IMG/VR virus record: IMGVR_UViG_2706795462_000001 | Length of the DNA stretch: 64,000 bases | DNA from: a virus | Lineage: Duplodnaviria; Heunggongvirae; Uroviricota; Caudoviricetes; Herelleviridae | Reading direction: 5' to 3' (one strand) | Shown: positions 59,974 through 64,000 of the stretch, piece after piece | Layout: each line of letters begins with the position of its first letter | Numbering within the stretch: the first letter of the stretch is position 1 | Notes under the pieces: generated by a model | Databases searched by the model: none | Told to the model about the DNA's origin: nothing | The model's input: the letters and a program-made list of their open reading frames with translations, nothing else | Program-made: the position numbers and the translations under genes

Positions 59974-61443
59974 ATGCTAAATCCAACATTAATGTGTGAC
60001 TTTTATAAATTAAGTCACAGAGAACAATACCCTGAAGGTACAGAAATTGTATACAGTACACTTGTACCTAGAAGTAATAAGTACTATGAACATAGTGATA
60101 ATATTGTAGTATTTGGTATTCAATCACTTGTTAAAAAATATTTTATTGATATGTTTAATAAAGAATTCTTTAATAGACCTAAAGAGGAAGTTATTAATGA
60201 ATATAAACGTACAGTTAAATTCACATTAGGACAAGAAAACCCTGACGCTAAACATTTAGAGCAGTTACATGACCTAGGTTACTTACCTATTGATGTAAGA
60301 GCTTTAAAGGAAGGTACAGTAGTTCACCCTAATACACCTGTTATGACAATTGAAAATACTCACTCAGATTTCTTTTGGCTAACTAACTATTTAGAAACTA
60401 TTATTAGTACTCAAACATGGCAAGCAATGACTAGTGCTACACTAGCATATGATATGCGTAAAATGTTAGATAAGTATGCATTAGAAACAGTAGGTAATAT
60501 TGAAGCAGTAGATTTCCAAGGACATGACTTTAGTATGCGTGGAATGAGTTCATTAGAAACAGCTCAATTAAGCTCAGCAGGACATGCAATTAGTTTTAAA
60601 GGTAGTGACACTGTACCTGTAGTAGACTTTTTAGAATCTTACTACAATGCAGATGTAGAAAAAGAAATGGTTGTTGCTTCCATCCCTGCTACTGAACATT
60701 CGGTTATGTGTGCAAATGGTGATTACGAGACAATGGATGAATATGAAACATACAAACGTATGTTAACAGAAATTTATCCAACAGGAGTATTCTCTATTGT
60801 ATCTGATACTTGGGACTTTTGGGGTAATATGACTAAAACTTTACCTAGGTTAAAAGATATTATTATGGAACGTGACGGTAAAGTAGTAATCAGACCTGAT
60901 AGTGGAGACCCTGTTAAGATTATTTGTGGTGACCCTGATGCAGATACTGAGTATGAACGTAAAGGTGCTGTAGAAGTACTTTGGGATACTTTTGGAGGTA
61001 CTGAAACTGAAAAAGGATATAAAGTACTAGATGAACATGTAGGATTAATCTATGGTGATTCTATTAACTATGAGCGTGCTCAGCAAATTTGTGAGGGATT
61101 AAAAGCAAAAGGTTTTGCAAGTATTAACGTTGTATTAGGTGTAGGTAGTTTCTCTTATCAATTTAATACTCGTGATACTCATGGGTTTGCAATCAAAGCA
61201 ACATATGCTAAGATTAAAAATGAAGAGAAACTTATCTATAAGAATCCTAAAACAGACAGTGGTAAACGTTCACATAAAGGTAGAGTAGCTGTTTACAAAG
61301 ATGGTTCATGGGAAGATAACCTAAATCTTCACCAGTGGTTAAATAAACAGAATTTAAATCAATTAGAACGAGTATTTGAAGACGGTAAACTATACAGAGA
61401 CCAGTCACTAAGTGAAATTAGAGAAAGAATTAAAAATAATTAA
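59974..61443 (+). CDS. Nicotinamide phosphoribosyltransferase-like enzyme (NadV/Nampt; candidate Namat)
   Basis: DFYKLSHREQYP, HDFSMRG, ATEHSVM, RPDSGDP, YGDSI, GVGSFSY. Confidence 0.92.
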   Translation: MLNPTLMCDFYKLSHREQYPEGTEIVYSTLVPRSNKYYEHSDNIVVFGIQSLVKKYFIDMFNKEFFNRPKEEVINEYKRTVKFTLGQENPDAKHLEQLHDLGYLPIDVRALKEGTVVHPNTPVMTIENTHSDFFWLTNYLETIISTQTWQAMTSATLAYDMRKMLDKYALETVGNIEAVDFQGHDFSMRGMSSLETAQLSSAGHAISFKGSDTVPVVDFLESYYNADVEKEMVVASIPATEHSVMCANGDYETMDEYETYKRMLTEIYPTGVFSIVSDTWDFWGNMTKTLPRLKDIIMERDGKVVIRPDSGDPVKIICGDPDADTEYERKGAVEVLWDTFGGTETEKGYKVLDEHVGLIYGDSINYERAQQICEGLKAKGFASINVVLGVGSFSYQFNTRDTHGFAIKATYAKIKNEEKLIYKNPKTDSGKRSHKGRVAVYKDGSWEDNLNLHQWLNKQNLNQLERVFEDGKLYRDQSLSEIRERIKNN

Positions 61444-61452
61444 TAAATATTT

Positions 61453-61491
61453 AAACTCCCTATTGACAAAGGGAGTTTTTTATTATATAGT
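61453..61491 (+). promoter_or_regulatory. Terminator hairpin with the -35 in its loop + sigmaA promoter
   Basis: AAACTCCCT-ATTGACAA-AGGGAGTTT + T-tract; TATAGT at 61486. Confidence 0.85.
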
Positions 61492-61521
61492 ATAACTATA
61501 GTAAATAAAGGAGTGAAAGAG

Positions 61522-61767
61522 ATGATTTATAAAATATCAAAACATAATTATTATAGTAGGTTTGAGTATTCTACTTACCCTCCTGATGAAGGGTTTGCGT
61601 ATGTAGATTATGTAGATGTGATTCTTATCGGTGTAGATAATCCTAAGAAAAGAAAGGTTATTACCTTAAAAGTAGATGAGTTCAATTCGGATGACTATAA
61701 AGTAGGTCATAAGTACAATATTATAAAAATACTATGGTTTGAAAAATGGGAATGGTTAAAGCCATAA
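61522..61767 (+). CDS. Hypothetical protein (81 aa)
   Basis: RBS AAAGGAG 8 nt before ATG 61522. Confidence 0.75.
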   Translation: MIYKISKHNYYSRFEYSTYPPDEGFAYVDYVDVILIGVDNPKKRKVITLKVDEFNSDDYKVGHKYNIIKILWFEKWEWLKP

Positions 61768-61786
61768 GTAAAAGGAGAGAAATAAA

Positions 61787-62179
61787 ATGATTATAGATAA
61801 ATTAAATGGAGTTAAACTAGAAATAGGCGGTCATGTTGTATCATTTAGTGTAAGAAAGTTTAATACAATTAATGGTGAGAGACAATTAATAGACTACCAT
61901 CATATTAAAAGAAATAGACAAAAGTACTTTAGAACTACTGAAGAATTTTATAATGAATATAAAGAAATTAAGCCCGATAAAAATGAGATAGATGAAATGT
62001 TTGAATCTCTAGGTTACGTAGATACTGAGTTAGATGATGTAGTAAGGAATCAGGAAAAGGTTATTGAAATATTAGGAGTTAGTGAACAATATTTAAATCA
62101 GTTAGCTTATAAAGCTATAGAGGAGCATGTAGATAGAGTAGTTACATTTGAAATTGAAGAATTGAATGGTACGAAATGA
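61787..62179 (+). CDS. Hypothetical protein (130 aa)
   Basis: RBS AAAGGAG. Confidence 0.8.
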   Translation: MIIDKLNGVKLEIGGHVVSFSVRKFNTINGERQLIDYHHIKRNRQKYFRTTEEFYNEYKEIKPDKNEIDEMFESLGYVDTELDDVVRNQEKVIEILGVSEQYLNQLAYKAIEEHVDRVVTFEIEELNGTK

Positions 62180-62194
62180 GAGGAGAATAATAAA

Positions 62195-62449
62195 ATGATA
62201 TACATTAGAGTATCTGAAAGAGAAAAATTAGTTGTAGGAGATTTAGTCAAATCAAATGAAGATGGTACATGGGGCATTGTAGTAGAAGATAAGCAAGACT
62301 TAAATGTACTTATGTTAGATGAAGAACCTTGGTTATTTTACAAATCAGGTATTAAAAGAGTAGAAGGACAATTAGAAGAGGATTTTAAATTTATTAAAAA
62401 TAAAAGGGAATATAGTATGGATATAGGTGATGAGGCTTATTACGACTAA
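62195..62449 (+). CDS. Hypothetical protein (84 aa)
   Basis: RBS GAGGAG. Confidence 0.75.
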   Translation: MIYIRVSEREKLVVGDLVKSNEDGTWGIVVEDKQDLNVLMLDEEPWLFYKSGIKRVEGQLEEDFKFIKNKREYSMDIGDEAYYD

Positions 62450-62475
62450 ACTAAAAAAAGAAGGAAGTAACGACA

Positions 62476-62682
62476 ATGAAAAAAATGAATAATAACTGGG
62501 AAAAAGAAGGTATCAATTACTGGGAGAATGAGGACTGTCCTAGGGAATACTTAGAGAAAGCATTCATTGACCTAGTAGAATATGTCGAAGGAGTTACAGT
62601 ACCGCCTAAAGATGTTAAGCAGTTAAGAGAAGATAAACTTAGAGAAGATATTGGGTTTTATGAGTATGTAGCTGATAAATAA
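62476..62682 (+). CDS. Hypothetical protein (68 aa)
   Basis: RBS AAGGAAG. Confidence 0.75.
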   Translation: MKKMNNNWEKEGINYWENEDCPREYLEKAFIDLVEYVEGVTVPPKDVKQLREDKLREDIGFYEYVADK

Positions 62683-62688
62683 ATTAAT

Positions 62689-62726
62689 ATCTACCTATTG
62701 ACTTAGGTAGATGCCTATTATATAAT
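62689..62726 (+). promoter_or_regulatory. Hairpin whose loop is exactly the -35 + sigmaA promoter
   Basis: ATCTACCTA-TTGACT-TAGGTAGAT; TATAAT at 62721. Confidence 0.85.
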
Positions 62727-62747
62727 AGTATACAAGGAGATGAAAAT

Positions 62748-63059
62748 ATGAAAAAGTTAATAGTATTACTTACAATTACTATTTCTCTATTACTAGGAGG
62801 TTGCTCTCCTGATAACCATGAAGGTAAAGTAGTAGGAGTAGGTGAATATAGAGAACCAACTACTTATATAAAATCAGGTAGCGTTACTGTACCAGTCATT
62901 GGTGAAATGAAATATTATGTAGATTTAGAGACAGATAAAGGAGAAGACCGTGTATACCTTAATAAAGAGGTCTATCATAAGTTTGATAAAGGTGATGATT
63001 TCTCTAATGTAGGTGAGAAAGTGTATAAGAATGATGAATTAATATACAAAGGAGACTAA
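62748..63059 (+). CDS. Lipoprotein (103 aa)
   Basis: MKK + hydrophobic stretch + lipobox LGGC. Confidence 0.85.
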   Translation: MKKLIVLLTITISLLLGGCSPDNHEGKVVGVGEYREPTTYIKSGSVTVPVIGEMKYYVDLETDKGEDRVYLNKEVYHKFDKGDDFSNVGEKVYKNDELIYKGD

Positions 63060-63061
63060 TT

Positions 63062-63571
63062 ATGTATTTAAATGATTATGTAGGTAAATTTATAAAGGAA
63101 GATAACTATTATGGATACCAATCTACAGACTTAGTATCTAATTATGTTCAAAGATTAACACTAGGTCAGTACAAAACTAAGTTAAATGCTAATAAAATGA
63201 AATATGAGAGATTACCTAGTTCTTGGAAAATAATTAAAGCCAAAGATTTGTTAAAAACAGATGATTATAGAGAAGGGGATATATTTGTATCAGAAAGAAT
63301 CTCTGTATTTGGTTTTAATGGAATCATTGTACGTAATCATGATTTTAACAATGTAACTGTTATTACTCAAAATAGAGATGGTAAGGCTACTAAACCTACA
63401 GAGGAGCATTTATATCCAAAGAAAGATATTGATTATGTTATTAGACCTACCGAGAGGGATTACCTGGAATATTTTAAACAATCTGATTCAAAAGAAAAAG
63501 TAACTCTTTCGAAACAAGAATATAAAAAATTATTAGAGGCTTATAATAAAATGAAGGAAGTGTTTAAGTAA
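63062..63571 (+). CDS. Catalytically dead CHAP-domain protein (169 aa)
   Basis: DNYYGYQ(S)TDL..NA..GDIFV..FG(F)NGI..TVI(T)QN; C-terminal coiled coil. Confidence 0.75.
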   Translation: MYLNDYVGKFIKEDNYYGYQSTDLVSNYVQRLTLGQYKTKLNANKMKYERLPSSWKIIKAKDLLKTDDYREGDIFVSERISVFGFNGIIVRNHDFNNVTVITQNRDGKATKPTEEHLYPKKDIDYVIRPTERDYLEYFKQSDSKEKVTLSKQEYKKLLEAYNKMKEVFK

Positions 63572-63572
63572 T

Positions 63573-63908
63573 ATGAATAGTACAAAATTAGTAGATTATT
63601 TTACAAGTAAACAAGGTAAATATCTAATATTACCTGATGAAACTAAAGTTAGGTTATCTAATGTAGATTTAATGTCTTACATTATGAGACTCACTTTTAC
63701 TTATAACACAGAAGTTGTGTCTATAGATATTGATAAGTTATACTCAGATTCTATAGAAATGCATATACCACAAGGTCTTTATATGACAACTGTTGTTAAA
63801 ATTCCTAATACACAAAGTGTTAGTTCAGTTCTTCACAAGGTATTAGAGGAATGGGTAAGACAAGTACAAAATGATGGTGTATTTGGATTCGTATGGGAGG
63901 AATTATAA
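63573..63908 (+). CDS. Hypothetical protein (111 aa)
   Basis: ORF coupled to its neighbours. Confidence 0.75.
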   Translation: MNSTKLVDYFTSKQGKYLILPDETKVRLSNVDLMSYIMRLTFTYNTEVVSIDIDKLYSDSIEMHIPQGLYMTTVVKIPNTQSVSSVLHKVLEEWVRQVQNDGVFGFVWEEL

Positions 63909-64000
63909 TGAATACAACAAGTTTATTAAGTATAATTGTAAAGAGTTTGAGTATTAAGGGTATTGAACTAACTAATGTTAAAATATATGAGGAAGCAGTA
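63908..64000 (+). CDS. Partial CDS running off the window end (MNTTSLLSIIVKSL...)
   Basis: RBS GGGAGG; TAATG overlap. Confidence 0.65.
   Translation, partial: MNTTSLLSIIVKSLSIKGIELTNVKIYEEAV

Noticed and set aside
59048-61443. NARP2 or classical NAD salvage
   Set aside because: No NMN adenylyltransferase gene is seen in this window and the partner gene is Prs-like; a gene elsewhere in the genome cannot be excluded.
17546-61513. Upstream start codons chosen by the ORF track (17546, 25506, 26913, 31686, 36262, 36922, 40351, 43717, 46229, 46729, 49165, 50695, 52734, 53842, 61513 and others)
   Set aside because: Better-spaced Shine-Dalgarno sequences support the downstream starts used in the feature list.

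Overview
A 64-kb, AT-rich window with all credible genes on the + strand, from a lytic Staphylococcus myovirus (Herelleviridae, Kayvirus/phage K-like). The assignment rests on gene content, order and protein sizes. In order: end of the baseplate/receptor-binding module (1-11.1 kb); replication, nucleotide-metabolism and transcription module (SF2 helicase, wHTH Rep-like protein, DnaB-like helicase, SbcD/SbcC, gp67-type anti-sigma factor, primase, resolvase, NrdI/E/F, thioredoxin, HU-like, intron-free DNA polymerase, UvsY/SSB/RecA-like, phage sigma factor; 11.2-36.1 kb); a late Ig/FN3 virion-accessory cassette (36.2-37.7 kb); then many small early genes behind near-consensus sigmaA promoters, including a Prs-like + Nampt-like pair resembling NARP1 NAD+ reconstitution. 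Six genes, including helicase, primase and polymerase, are split by single-base changes in poly-A runs, most likely sequencing errors. Best leads: (1) an FN3-like domain apparently split between consecutive genes twice, suggesting a tag/catcher chain of virion proteins; (2) a CHAP pseudo-enzyme lacking all three catalytic residues, coupled to a lipoprotein; (3) palindromes centred on the -35 box and promoters embedded in terminator hairpins; (4) a structured 370-bp non-coding region; (5) a probable AUC start codon. No tRNA, rRNA, CRISPR array or intron was recognised. All family assignments come from motif reading and recall, not database searches.
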